64,000 nt of DNA, taken from positions 17,856,001-17,920,000 of the forward strand of contig CAIIXF020000001.1 in assembly GCA_903813345.2 (NCBI GenBank). The letters run 5' to 3'. Source of the DNA: Owenia fusiformis (Eukaryota). This document shows positions 25,601-35,155 of the stretch, in pieces (positions within the stretch are counted from its first letter, which is position 1; the number at the start of each line of letters is the position of its first letter). Made by a program: the position numbers and the translations under genes. The notes beneath the pieces were generated by a model. It was not told where the DNA came from. It made no database searches and saw only the letters and a program-made list of their open reading frames with translations.

Positions 25601-28172
25601 TAGGCAAATTAAATGATAAGACAAAATTACCACTTATACAGTAAATGTTTGAGAAGTGTGAGTGCATGGGGAAGGGCATGGAAGGCAATGTGTATTCTCG
25701 TCCAGTGTTATGTGGTCAGATGGTCAATACTCACCCTACGACAAGAAGTATTGTAGCCATGAAAAGAAATCCTGCGGTATATTTCATTGCAGTACAGCAT
25801 CTCTGGAAGACAAGGTTGTGACAATTACATAGTAAACAGGACATAGTTACCAGTTCCACCACTGTGATGGTGGCTAATTTGGGTCATTTAAAAATACATT
25901 TCTAGAAGTGGATTTGTTTGTAGATTTCAAATAATTTCAACTACAGTAATATCAAATGATGAAGATAAATAAGGGTTATGTACTGGGAGGTTTTGGATAT
26001 GGGGTTTATCCAGAGGGAGATATGCATATCTACTTGAGGGACCGTAGGGACCGAAGGTAGATGTGCATATCTCACGAGGGATGAACCCAATATCCAAACC
26101 GACCGTACATAACTGCTTTATCCTATACCAAGTAGAGTTTTCAGGGGCATAGTCATTTTATTGCATTTCCACTTTTAAATTTTAAATACATTGATAACTT
26201 TTTAAAATACAAAAGTGTTGATTAACAATATAACAAAAGGATAAATGTATCCAAAAATTTGAAAAAAAAAGAAATTTTGAAAAAAATTTAAAAACGTGAA
26301 AATTTCTTTTTTTTAAATTGAAAAAGAAATTTTGAAAAAATAATTGTGAAGTGAAATTACCGGAAGCGGGAAGATATGCACTGAAGCGGGAGATATGGCG
26401 GGAGATATGGAGGTTCTGGATATGGAAACCTCAAAATCAAGATACGGGATATATCTTACCAACTTATTTCCCTAAAACTCTACTTGGCATGGGATAAAGA
26501 ATATTATCACTAGCATCTAGCTTATTATATAGACAACAAGTTTGCATCTTCAAAAACAGTGAAAAAATATCTTGCATCCATCCAGCTCCTGGTCTGTTTG
26601 GACTACGTTACCCAATGCAATAGATTGGTATAAATTCACCAATTTATATTGTATTAAATTTATTGTTCTGTTGTTAGAATTCAAATATTTTGTCAAATAA
26701 GATTTCCCTCACACAGCATCTCTAAAGCCCTGACAAGAACATCATATTGTACAGTAAAACCTAATCCGAAGACCACTGAGACCACTGATTAGTGTTCAGT
26801 TTAGCAGGTTAGCATTTTGAGTTTTTTTTAACATGGAGGTTTATGTCAGATTAAAAATGGGCCCAACAAAAACGTTCACAATGAGAGGGGTTCAGATTAG
26901 AGAGGTGCAGGTTTTACTGACTCAAAATGACTCACCTGTTTTGTGGATACCTGAACGTCATCATCTTTCTCTTCATAGAAGAAATACACAAGTGGAAGGA
27001 ATAGGAAGACAAACACCATGACACAAATATACAATGCTGAAAACAAATAATACTCAGGTGCAAAAAGAATCAGTGCAGCAGGAACTGATGAAATGGCTGC
27101 CAGAAATCTACATTTGAGACTTACAAATTACACGTCAATGGAGTGATTGTATTATTAGGAGGTATATAAGAGGCAATTTATAATCAATTATACGAAAGAA
27201 ATATTTTTTGCCTAGCCCTAAGGTATTTATTACTCGATATAATACCTGATCTGAGGTCTATATTTTGATTTGAACATGAAAACATCAAAATTTTGCAAAA
27301 TCATAATTTACGTCCTACTTCCAGTTCAGCATTTACCACTGAACGAAACACTTACAGACCAGGTATTGTATTGACAAATAAATACTGGGTGAAATATTGA
27401 CTTTGTTCACAGTTTATAGAAGGTGTGAAAGCAGTCATATTCAAAGTTAAATATAAAATAAATGAAAACATTGAACAAGCTATGGGGATTCTCAGAAAAT
27501 CACAAAATGCATGCATATGGTACGCTAGAAGAAAAGTATAAAGAGCAATAATTCAAGTATTTCAACTTTCATGTGACATTGAGCTTCATAAATCTGACCT
27601 CATCTTCTTGCTGATCTCAAAATTTTTGATGATCAAATAAATAAGACTTATACTTCATCATCTTTTACAGTTTGCATAGTTGTTTATTTGTCAATTATAT
27701 CGATTTTCAATGTACAGGCAACTGACACCCATGCGGGTGTATATAGTTACATATGATGTCATGATATGTACGTCTTCAATGTATTGTTTCAATAATGTTC
27801 TTTTTGATGATTTTCACCACTACAATGATTGTAAACTCAAATAACTATATGAGATACAAATCTTTACACAATAAAATAAGTTATTAGGAACACGATATAC
27901 AGGGTAACTTCGTTCTGGGGCTACTTTGACTATTTGGTAATTCAACCATGGTCAATAATTCTTATTCACATTTCTCAGGGCTGTCAACTTGGGACCACCT
28001 AATATGAGTGACTTACAAATGTTGGACACCGAAGTCCAAATCTGAACACTTTTGTCCAAATTTTGAACACCTTTGGCCAACTTTTAAACACCTTTGGCCA
28101 AAGTTTGAGCACCTTTGCTAAACTTTTATAACCTCAAATTTTTCGCGCTCGCTACACTCGCGATGTCGTCAA

Positions 28173-28206
<34 letters not shown>

Positions 28207-31200
28207 AGGTACGAAAATTTCCAATGGACATGCGTGACATATACGGGATTCGCGTGACAAATCCAAACAAATTGCGTTCGTTTTTTTCCGACGTTCGTAT
28301 TTTTACCGTATCATAAACATATTTTGAAAAATTTTTTACAGAAACATATTTGCGTGACAATTACCAGGTAAAATGCGTATTTGCGTGACATTTTGTGTCA
28401 CGCAAAAAAAACTGGCGTGACTTCAAATTCTTCAGCAAATGCGTGACAAATACGCAAATTGCGGGACAGTTGACAGGCCTGCATTTCTGGAGATCGGCCA
28501 TCGTGGATTGAGATCTTGACTTCGATTTATTTATCAATAAACAAATAACAAGAATGGTTGTGATGGATGGACTGCATGAATTGAAAATATAAGCCAAAGG
28601 TTGAAATAGCTCCATGGTCAAAATAACCTGATGACGAAATAACCCAATATGTCAAAGTTCCATGGAGGATCGAACCTTACCATAATATGCATACAAAACT
28701 GTATCTTCAATGGACTTTCTTTCTTCTGTTATGTTAGCCCATTCCTGAAAAATGAGATTTGTATATTGAATTGATTATGAAATCAATACATGAAGTAGCC
28801 CCTTAGCAGTTTGGGGGTATGACCTTTATTTAGTTATAATTGTATGAAAACATGATTTCAAACCAGAATACATGAACAGTACATACACATTTACTTTATA
28901 CATATATCACTAGGAAAAAGACAAAGAAACATATTAGAACCTATTCCCACTCTCGAGGACACTTTTTGAAATACGACCCATTTTACCAAATCTGAAATGA
29001 TATCATTATACACAGATAAGTCATATTTTTATTAGTCGGATAGAAATCACTTTGGCCTACTTTAAGCGTAAACCCAGGCCCCTAGTTCCCCTAGAACTGC
29101 CATTGAAATCTAATGGTCTACAAAATGTCGGACTTACCTTAAATGTGCCATTGCTGTATTTCATATATGAAACGAGGAATATGTCAACTGGACCCAAAGC
29201 TGACGTCACAAGACATATCGACAGTGCTAAAATAGATGTCACTGTACTGCTCAGTTCCTTGTCATACTTGTGTTGGTAATAGCGGATATACAGAAATGAA
29301 AATACCAATGTTAACTGAAAATAAATATTTCAAGCATTAAAGGATTATTTATTGACCTGAACAATCTTTGTTTCTAATTAAATAGAAACATATATCCAGT
29401 CAGAAACATATATCCAAACAAAGATATAATGGCTTTGCTCGACCATATTTCCTTTTGGGAATAACAAACTAGCAATTACTAGTATGTATAACCAGTGCAC
29501 TTTACATGGCCCATTGACATTTCTCATTTTTGGATGAGGCTCTAGAATGTTATCAGTTATCAGGCTCTAATGTTATTTGTATCCCATTGACCCTAAACCC
29601 AAAGTAGAAAATAAAGGATTTCAATAGCATAACTAAGAGGAAGGATCACTTATTTGAATATAAAATTTCAGTGAGGAAATCAAATCATTCACTAGGCACC
29701 ACCTGTAGGGCATTTCATTTTTCAAGAATGTTCTCAGATCACAATGGCCCTTTAACACGGGGTTACAAATGGTTGGTAGTTGATTTCTTTTCAACAAAAT
29801 GTGATAACGTTTAAACTGGTCCATTTGTCATTCTTTCCGTCTCATTGGATAACATTGTGGGTGATGCCCACTTTTCAATGGAAAACATTGTGTTCCACTT
29901 CTTTGCTAATCATTTGCCAGGAATGGTTGGAAGCAATTTTCTGTATTAAGTATTTGGATATACACCAAAACACTTGTCCAGTTTTCGAATATCACCATTT
30001 GTTTTAGAGCCGTTTCTTTTAATTTTAAATGAAATCCTGACGAAACCATGCAATATCTCATCAAGGAGCCCAGCCAGTTCCATTTCAATTCATGAAATAT
30101 TAACACGACATTTTTAAATTATTACTTAAATTTATTGAACCCCGACTAGAAACTTTACAATAGTTCACGGTGTTCCAGATGGAATTAATTCGAGCCAAGA
30201 ATTGGCTAGAGACTCGAGTAATATCAGAGACATATCAATAGATAGGGCTATTACAGTCACAGTGATAAGTAGATGTAAATCTGATGTTATGTACAATTTC
30301 AAAGACAAGGTGGCGTGACTGATGTCTTTATTGAAATAATTTGAGCGACCGCCGACACTCTCTAAAAATTATTGTGCCGTGGTACCGGTGCCGTGGTACT
30401 TAACAGGAAATGACAAAACAGGAACAGGGAAGTGACAAAAAATGTGGCATTTTTAGACATTTTTTAAACAAAGATAACAGAGTTCTGTTTCGACATCCAG
30501 TCAATTCAAATAGTTCGACATATCATTTACAGGACTACACTGTAGGATCACAATGTACATGGTCAGAATGACCCTAAACATGATGAAATAACTTTTTCAA
30601 CTCTCTGAAAAGGTGACTGGAAAATAGCTAAAAGTAGGAGCTTAAGAAGGTTCACTGAACAGAATCTTTTGAATTTTTCTGAAAATTTACCACGGCACCC
30701 TAAGGTCAGGGTGCACTTTAATGAAATTTCATGACCATGTGCAGTGGGGGACATAAAGAATTACAAAAGCTATGGAAATTACATGCTCTCGCACATGTAA
30801 TAAATTCTTACTTCTGTTTTTTCAGTGCTCTATTTTCTCCGTCCTAGTAAGTCCAGATATAGTGGAATCCGTGTCCATAATGACAAATAAGAACTTAAAA
30901 ATTTGAAGTGGAATTCACATGTTAATGCCGACTCTTCAAATGTTGAGGTGATTTTGGAGCCCGATTACGCCACAATGTGGATTGGCTCCGAGAATGCAAC
31001 ATGACAAGTGTCAGCTTTCAAATGCTGTTCCGACATTTTGAAATCTGTCACGAGTAAATAAGGTTACCTGATGTTGCATTCTGGGAGTCAATCCTTGGAT
31101 CACAAACATGGCGATTCATGAAAACATTCATTCGATTTGGAAGGGATTTATCCATCATTTGCAGGTATGAAGCTTTAGATTCATTTATTACTTAAAGTGA

Positions 31201-31867
31201 ATGGGAATTATTTTTCTACCGCTTGGGAGAGTTTGAGACACAAAACTTAGAATTTAGCTCATTGTGACAACTTTTGAGGGTTGAGATTTATTTTTGTCCC
31301 CCACTTTACTGTTATTTTCAGATAAACATAACTCATTCCACACATCATCTACATCTTTCATTCTTGCGCAAAAGATGCATTAGTGTACCTCATCCTCCGA
31401 TCACAGGGCTTCAAAATCCAGAATATATTCTTTCTTTTTACCCCCTGCGATAAGCAGTTAGCCTTTCCCCGATTAAGAACTGGCAATCTGACTGGCTGTC
31501 GCAACACTGCGACAGAAATCATGTATAAGTAATTGCGCATAATAAGATCACGTGATTCAGTTTAATCGGGCGCTTCCAAATTGGTTATAGCAGGGGGAAG
31601 AAGGAAGTACGGATTCTGGATACCTGCTTGGATGGTGTACCTAGACTATTGATTAAGGGTTGGTAATTCTTCAGAATATTTGAGTAGCTAGCCTAGAATA
31701 TTCTGTGGTTTAGGACCTACTTTTCAAAATCTCAGTCAAAAAAATAATTGAAAATAAATGCAAAAGTTCCTTTGAAAACTCTGAAATGGATGAAATGTCA
31801 ACAAGCTTACCGCTGATATGACACCAAAAAGAATCCATCCTACTGCCAGGCCAGCATGAACAGGCAT
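7540..31867 (-). CDS. LMBRD1: LMBRD1 (lysosomal cobalamin transport escort protein LMBD1), complete CDS, 15 coding exons, 1653 nt / 550 aa
   Basis: Exons joined by hand give an uninterrupted ORF with recalled LMBD1 motifs: GW..FG, TSAL.PVDIFLVSYMK..NGTFK, FFYEEKDDD, AYGMSA.P..L.KGT, FPLDYI, GIR.IGIWF.W.R..KIR...TRPQ.LLF.CM, WFF.AAY.F, and an acidic C-terminal tail. All introns are GT-AG with matching phases. Confidence 0.96.
8325..13291 (+). mobile_element. Academ DNA transposon, internally deleted and degenerate
   Basis: TAG...CTA termini, 3-bp TSD TAT, about 1-kb TIRs with 172-bp subrepeats, and a decayed XPG-like nuclease coding remnant inside. Confidence 0.82.
10700..11652 (+). pseudogene. 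Decayed Academ XPG/PIN-like nuclease region
   Basis: Frameshifted pieces read VDAKMIDRACIV, FGDYA, LDVSWDVYKDTS, EEADSRIFL, IILLTFNSDVVILA, IWIAYGKGE, YLPAHD and LPISHTIIGCDVTSVFYCYGK, resembling the HEEADT / TDV / FHA.TGCD signature. Confidence 0.75.
13758..14321 (+). mobile_element. Hairpin element A2 (intact, about 560 bp)
   Basis: Terminal hairpin at 13764-13905; tttatcccatac (about 13909) is inverted to gtatgggataaa (14310-14321); near-identical inverted copy at 19170-22772. Confidence 0.8.
14443..14546 (-). CDS. LMBRD1: LMBRD1 coding exon 14
   Basis: tatttcag|VCIMTRMSFLLTRFFYKVWFFGAAYFFASWGFLG|gtgagg. Confidence 0.94.
15279..15381 (-). CDS. LMBRD1: LMBRD1 coding exon 13
   Basis: tttattag|ENRTAIDPATNHTYIKIVLTTQPCNTHANTQLNT+G|gtaaga; variable luminal loop, phase fits both neighbours. 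Confidence 0.85.
15558..15707 (-). CDS. LMBRD1: LMBRD1 coding exon 12
   Basis: ttattcag|MFKIRPRKTRPQGLLFMCMMLMFMVLAINILTYMVMPQYTTYGGQHYLQP|gtaagt. Confidence 0.94.
16088..16192 (-). CDS. LMBRD1: LMBRD1 coding exon 11
   Basis: ttttccag|IFPLDYIIMSGIILYFFFCSVMGIRKIGIWFCWLR|gtgaga. Confidence 0.94.
16534..16636 (-). CDS. LMBRD1: LMBRD1 coding exon 10
   Basis: ttttcag|IDKVMHSLGWRMGYALPKRTLPNPVDIMLVYAQM|gtacgt. Confidence 0.92.
16976..17193 (-). CDS. LMBRD1: LMBRD1 coding exon 9 (only the most downstream of three duplicated acceptors keeps the ORF open)
   Basis: tttacag|YSNGRPMRQRDRIKIAELEETDRL...LLRPVEILAGIVFFLIALVVFVSLLLT|gtaaga. Confidence 0.9.
17079..17518. repeat. Tandem triplication (135-136 bp) of the LMBRD1 intron 8 / exon 9 boundary
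   Basis: Units at about 17079-17214, 17215-17349 and 17350-17483, plus a decayed partial to about 17518. Confidence 0.95.
17758..17883 (-). CDS. LMBRD1: LMBRD1 coding exon 8
   Basis: tatttag|AYGMSAWPIDLLKGTQSASSERMRVIDERTTNRTKIEAIRNK|gtaaat. Confidence 0.93.
18235..18308 (-). CDS. LMBRD1: LMBRD1 coding exon 7
   Basis: tttttag|GEDALSFVISCLTLIGLLLLIIYT|gtaagt. Confidence 0.92.
18486..18853 (-). mobile_element. Hairpin element (A-type architecture, divergent sequence)
   Basis: Hairpin gttattgaatgatttggagtgcaatac...gtattgcacttcaaatcattcaataac at 18715-18850; adjacent cacacgataa is inverted to ttatcttgtg at 18487. Confidence 0.5.
18943..19031 (-). CDS. LMBRD1: LMBRD1 coding exon 6
   Basis: ttttctag|AFAPVKIPPNTNQTEWRKIEYMFKEFASN|gtgagt. 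Confidence 0.92.
19985..22488 (-). mobile_element. 5'-truncated CR1-clade LINE
   Basis: End of APE domain (PTRGDNILDLV, SDH) plus RT; 3' stem-loop AGGTCA-GAA-TGACCT and (TAACTA)n-type tail at 19985-20012; shared ATTT at both junctions relative to the empty MITE copy. Confidence 0.92.
20134..22488 (-). CDS. CR1 ORF2 reverse transcriptase (open frame of about 785 codons, N-terminally truncated)
   Basis: KSPGPD, NYRPVSLTS, QHGF, YLDFKKAFDKVPH, SGIPQGTVLGP, FADDTKLY, RPHLEYA..VWSPY, RRLRGDMIE, WNSLP motifs with no stops. Confidence 0.93.
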   Translation of the reverse strand, partial: DNFLYQHVAEPTRGDNILDLVISNEEDMVTNLEVTAGLGKSDHQVLKFEFHFKAEYIKQVRIIHLLDKADYGKMKEELTLDWDREFKDKEVTDCWNIFRTKMEDSYSKNVPQIKAKKQAKAWMDKKCMAQIKRKHSAWRRYQTTKKGEEYLQYIKERNQAKKEVSRAVKEFECNIAKLAKSQPRKFWGYSNSKTKTRSGIPQLLREDGSRTENDLDKAEELNKFFSSVFTNENKENIPAGHYIRLNNYIQDWTFTEEDIMKKLELLKVSKSPGPDNIKPRILKELKEVICRPLYLIFRKSIDTATLPQDWKQANISPIHKKGKKCQPNNYRPVSLTSVVCKILESIIRERILSHLSQNNLLSQCQHGFLPCRSCVTNLLVTLDKWTEVLDSGSNIDAVYLDFKKAFDKVPHERLIRKIQNLGIVGTAHQWLKAFLGAESGNEFDGPENSDSAGNRNNSNQYQRRKQRVTINGESSSWTDVTSGIPQGTVLGPVMFLIFVNDVPQAVNSPLIMFADDTKLYREVNNLDDCNELQQDIRSLMNWTQEWQLQFNSEKCKVLRIGKSPPEYNYSMGNTALQETEGEKDLGVMVTKNLKSSTHVQTVVKKANQILGLIRRTFQFLDSSNMLLLYKAMVRPHLEYANTVWSPYLIQDIEAVEAVQRRATRCIPSLKDKDYPQRLKELKLPTLVFRRLRGDMIETWKILNEKYDIPISNILPLSHNIGRTRGNNMRVSKKQNRTILRQGFFTQRIVSSWNSLPQEVVEAQDINLFKNRLDKLWKNHAPYKI
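23076..25280. mobile_element. Non-autonomous CAC...GTG transposon with 5-bp TSD (Transib-like by termini)
   Basis: TIR CACGG(A/C)GCGGTAG(G/C)CAAACTGC; TSD GTACA at 23071-23075 and 25281-25285; about 12 CAAACTGCGYGCMTA-like motifs. Confidence 0.75.
23289..23617. mobile_element. GC-rich MITE nested in the CAC element
   Basis: Ends CAGGGGCGGAT / ATCCGCCAGTG; GATGC duplicated on both sides; GGGCCC-rich interior. Confidence 0.75.
25735..25802 (-). CDS. LMBRD1: LMBRD1 coding exon 5
   Basis: cttccag|RCCTAMKYTAGFLFMATILLVV+GG|gtgagt. Confidence 0.92.
25969..26498 (+). mobile_element. Hairpin element A3 (related to A1)
   Basis: Same head ataagggttatgtactgggaggttttggata as A1; hairpin to about 26114; ttatcctataccaagtagagtttt is inverted to aaaactctacttggcatgggataa. 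Confidence 0.75.
26936..27036 (-). CDS. LMBRD1: LMBRD1 coding exon 4
   Basis: ttttcag|LYICVMVFVFLFLPLVYFFYEEKDDDVQVSTKQ|gtgagt. Confidence 0.92.
27976..28481. mobile_element. MITE D2 with 7-bp TSD (P-element-like)
   Basis: Same TIRs as D1; TSD CATTTCT; repeated GCGTGACA motifs; 32-nt poly-G at 28174-28205. Confidence 0.85.
28681..28744 (-). CDS. LMBRD1: LMBRD1 coding exon 3
   Basis: tttcag|EWANITEERKSIEDTVLYAYY+G|gtaagg. Confidence 0.92.
29138..29314 (-). CDS. LMBRD1: LMBRD1 coding exon 2
   Basis: tttcag|LTLVFSFLYIRYYQ...PVDIFLVSYMKYSNGTFK|gtaagt. Confidence 0.95.
31811..31867 (-). CDS. LMBRD1: LMBRD1 coding exon 1
   Basis: ATG at 31867-31865; MPVHAGLAVGWILFGVISA|gtaagc. Confidence 0.88.
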
Positions 31868-31943
31868 CCTAAGGATAGTAAAATAGAATCTGAGAGTAAA
31901 ATAAATTTTTAGATATTTTGTTTTGTTTTCATACAGGAAGACA

Positions 31944-31959
31944 ATAGTCACGTGACTAT
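31944..31959. promoter_or_regulatory. CLEAR/E-box element (TFEB/MITF-type) about 80 bp upstream of the LMBRD1 ATG
   Basis: Perfect 16-bp palindrome ATAGTCACGTGACTAT containing GTCACGTGAC; adjacent ETS-like CAGGAAG at 31934-31940. Confidence 0.65.
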
Positions 31960-32327
31960 GTTCCAGTGAAATTACGATCGGTAACATTTTTCCGCGAGGT
32001 CATGAAAGTAAACACCGATTTCTCAAATTAACTGATATTGAATAGCGTGCTAATATTTATTAATTATTAGAATTAATCAAATATTTTGAAATAAGAACTA
32101 TTGATATGGGTTAATTAATTTCCTAATTTATGAAGTGTTCTTCAGGGGTCTATTTTATGAGGGAGGGGGGTGCTATAGAATCGTTCTTCAAAACAGTGAC
32201 ATCACGATCCGGGCATTCAATATTCCATCGTGTATTCAAGCATGGACGTATATCAACTCAATGAATTGTAGCTGATTTAAACCGCATTTGCCTTGCATCT
32301 AGGATGCAAGACATGGGTGCTTATATT

Positions 32328-33237
32328 TAGAGGCCGACGGTAATTCCGGTTATACGGTTTCGGTACGGAATTGAGCATTTACCGGTATTGAAATTATTAA
32401 CCGGTTAACCGACGATAATCCCCGGGGATATAAAAGACACGTCGGTTTTTAATTATTTCGTTTAATTCCACTTTCACGATGCGTACATTTACATAGACAT
32501 TTAGATGTCCATGTTTGGCAGTTCAGATGTGATTTCCATGTTTGGCAGTTCAGGTGTGATGTCCATGTTTGGCAGTTCGGGTGTAGTAGTTTCATGCTCA
32601 GGCCCAGATTTGGTTGCAATTATGTTTGGCAGTTCCGGTGTAGTTGTAGTGTCAACGTCAGATCCAGAAACTGAATTATGTTTGTAATAGTCATTTACGA
32701 ACAACAAGGCATTGACAACCTCAGGTTGAAGTCGTGCCCAGTTGCGTGCCCAGTGTTGCCAGCTGCACTGAACTGGCGTTCACTTGACACGGATGACGCG
32801 GAAATAGCTTGATATGTTTCAGCCAAACTCACCACATCAGGATATTTTCCTCCGTTTACTTTCCAGAACTCAAGACAGTCAATAAAATCTATTTTACCTA
32901 CCCCATCCCCATGTAGGCCTATAATGCACGTCGCTTGCTATTGATACAGTTGAGAAATGGTTTGAAATGTGTAATACATTTAATTTGAAACTAAAAATAC
33001 ATCTTGATTCCTAAGATAGTTACATACTATTTCGTGAAGTTCATTAGTATGGGTTCAGATCGGTCTTGCACCATGTATGCATATAGACTTGAGAAGCTAC
33101 GGAGAGAGTTAGAAACAAAGTGGGGGTGGCAGCGCATTGGCATTTTATCTTACATATTTTTACCGGTATTTCGGTAACGGTATTGTTATTAGCGTGACGG
33201 TTACCGGTACTGGTGTTCAGTACTGTTGCGACCTCTA
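32328..33237 (-). mobile_element. Internally deleted hAT transposon upstream of LMBRD1
   Basis: TAGAGG...CCTCTA ends, 8-bp TSD CTTATATT. The - strand encodes CLEFWKVNGGKYPDVVSLAETYQAISASSVSSERQFSAAG then (frameshift) ARLQPEVVNALLF, a hAT C-terminal dimerisation domain. Confidence 0.88.
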
Positions 33238-33490
33238 CTTATATTATTCACAAGTCATTGACGCATGTGCTTAAATTCTTTTCACAGGATTCAAACGATC
33301 TTGTCTATGTCAATAATCTGTCAATAATCTTCAAAAGGCCCATATAAAGCAGATATATAATTTAACAGTGATAGAATTTGAATATATAATTTAAAACCTT
33401 GGGCCTAACATTTAAAAATAGATCTATGGTTTACAACTCATTTTAAAATTGAAAGGAACCTTCCTGGTTAACCAAGGAAGTCCCTTTATA

Positions 33491-33732
33491 TCGAGATACC
33501 CTGGGACGACTGTCAGGGTACCGCGTTGACATCGTCCTTCTTTACCAGTAGTGCAGGCTAGTTGCTGTGCATCATGAAATAAAATAACTTATTTTTGCAA
33601 GAACACTTTTTTCGAGATACCCTGGGACGACTGTCAGGGTACCGCGTTGACATCGTCCTTCTTTACCAGTAGTGCAGGCTTGTTGCTGTGCATCATGAAA
33701 TAAAATAACTTATTTTTGCAAGAACACTTTTT
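33491..33732. repeat. Direct tandem duplication, 121 bp x2
   Basis: 33491-33611 and 33612-33732 are nearly identical. Confidence 0.92.
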
Positions 33733-34399
33733 TGCAAGGGATTGCAAAGTTTGACATCTTGACCTACATAAGCACCTAGCTTAAAGGATGTATATAACTA
33801 TGTAGGCCTTAGAAAACGTTAAAAACGACCAAGGCTTTGTGAGGCTAATCATCAATTTGATTCCCTTTCATTAACTAAATCTAATAAATGCACCCTCGAT
33901 TCGTCATATTAATATTGATATATGATAATAAAAATACACTATGCTTTCAAGTAATAAGCCCAAAAACGGCAATGTTATTGTATTTGTTTTAAAGTCTCCG
34001 ATAAATCGGGCTACGTATACCGCCGTGTTTACATTAGGGGATTAGAAGAGTTTATTTTTTATTTAGGTATGCAAGCTACGTATATCAATATTAGGCCTTC
34101 ATTCATGTACTCGTGTGCATGTAATCAGCATGCCCTTCAATATTATGTAAACCAGGCTATTCAAGTACTGTATAATGTACACTATTTATGTGTGTACACA
34201 ATACAATTCCCTGGGAAACAAAACACAAATACTTTTTATATGTTCAAAATGAGCCATTTGATTGATGCAAACACTAAATAGCTTCATAATTAACATCTAC
34301 AAAGTATATCTAATAGTAATTTTCAATTTCAATGGTGAAACTTCCCTGGTTACGATTATATGGGAAATCATCATGAGACGAAGATCGTTCGCCTTCCTG

Positions 34400-34466
34400 G
34401 CTTACCTCTGAATCGTGTACCCGGTAATCTCTTTATATAGTTTAGCGAGAGCGGTGCGCCTGCGCA
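34400..34466 (-). promoter_or_regulatory. Candidate distal core promoter facing LMBRD1 (NRF1-like motif, TATA, Inr-like, 5' splice site)
   Basis: TGCGCCTGCGCA at 34455-34466. On -: TATATAAAG at 34439-34431, TCA with its A at 34409, and AG|GTAAGC donor at 34406/34405. Confidence 0.35.
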
Positions 34467-35155
34467 GTTTTAAACTTTGGCGCACACACTGGACGAAACG
34501 TCCTGAAAATTGCTAAAAGTAGGGGTCTTATAATAAAAATGAATATCCACTCTAAAAGTAATGAAAAGTATTAAACATACACGGCAACATGCTAAATTAG
34601 GGTTTTGAAAAGATGTCAAAAACACTTTGATAGTTATATACAACCTTTAATATTCCTTATATGAAACTATAATAGGTTTCCACTCATCTGTCAACTTGAA
34701 ATTATGAAATTGATGAAATTATCTGGAATTGTCTGGGTTTGAAGATGCACGATACAAAAGAGGGAAATGAAGACAAAACAAGCGAAAACATTATTATTTT
34801 ACAGGGTGACCCCAAGAATTGTATCGAGACAAACATGGAATAACTCTGTATGTGATGGAAAATATTCTCCAAAATTTGATCACCTGAACACAATTGAATA
34901 ATAAAGGGAAACACAAGTAGCATTATACCTATTTATTTTGAACACATATTTTGTGACACCCTGAATATTCAAACACTTATATCAGTCTCAACATCTTTAT
35001 ATGATATCTAAGGTATATAAACATACAGGCGACTCTCCTATACAAGACCAGGGATAGAGAATAAACAGAATAGAAACACATATTTTAAAAACTGATTGCA
35101 CAGCAGAACAATCAATCCAGACATCACCATTGTATGTTAAGTCAAAACGTATATA

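Noticed and set aside
26936..26951. Alternative donor CAG|GTATCC in LMBRD1 exon 4
   Set aside because: It is a weaker match than CAG|GTGAGT 15 nt downstream, and nothing in the sequence supports its use.
28174..28205. 32-nt poly-G as a functional G-quadruplex locus
   Set aside because: It is internal to MITE D, is only 16 nt in the other copy, and homopolymer length is unreliable.
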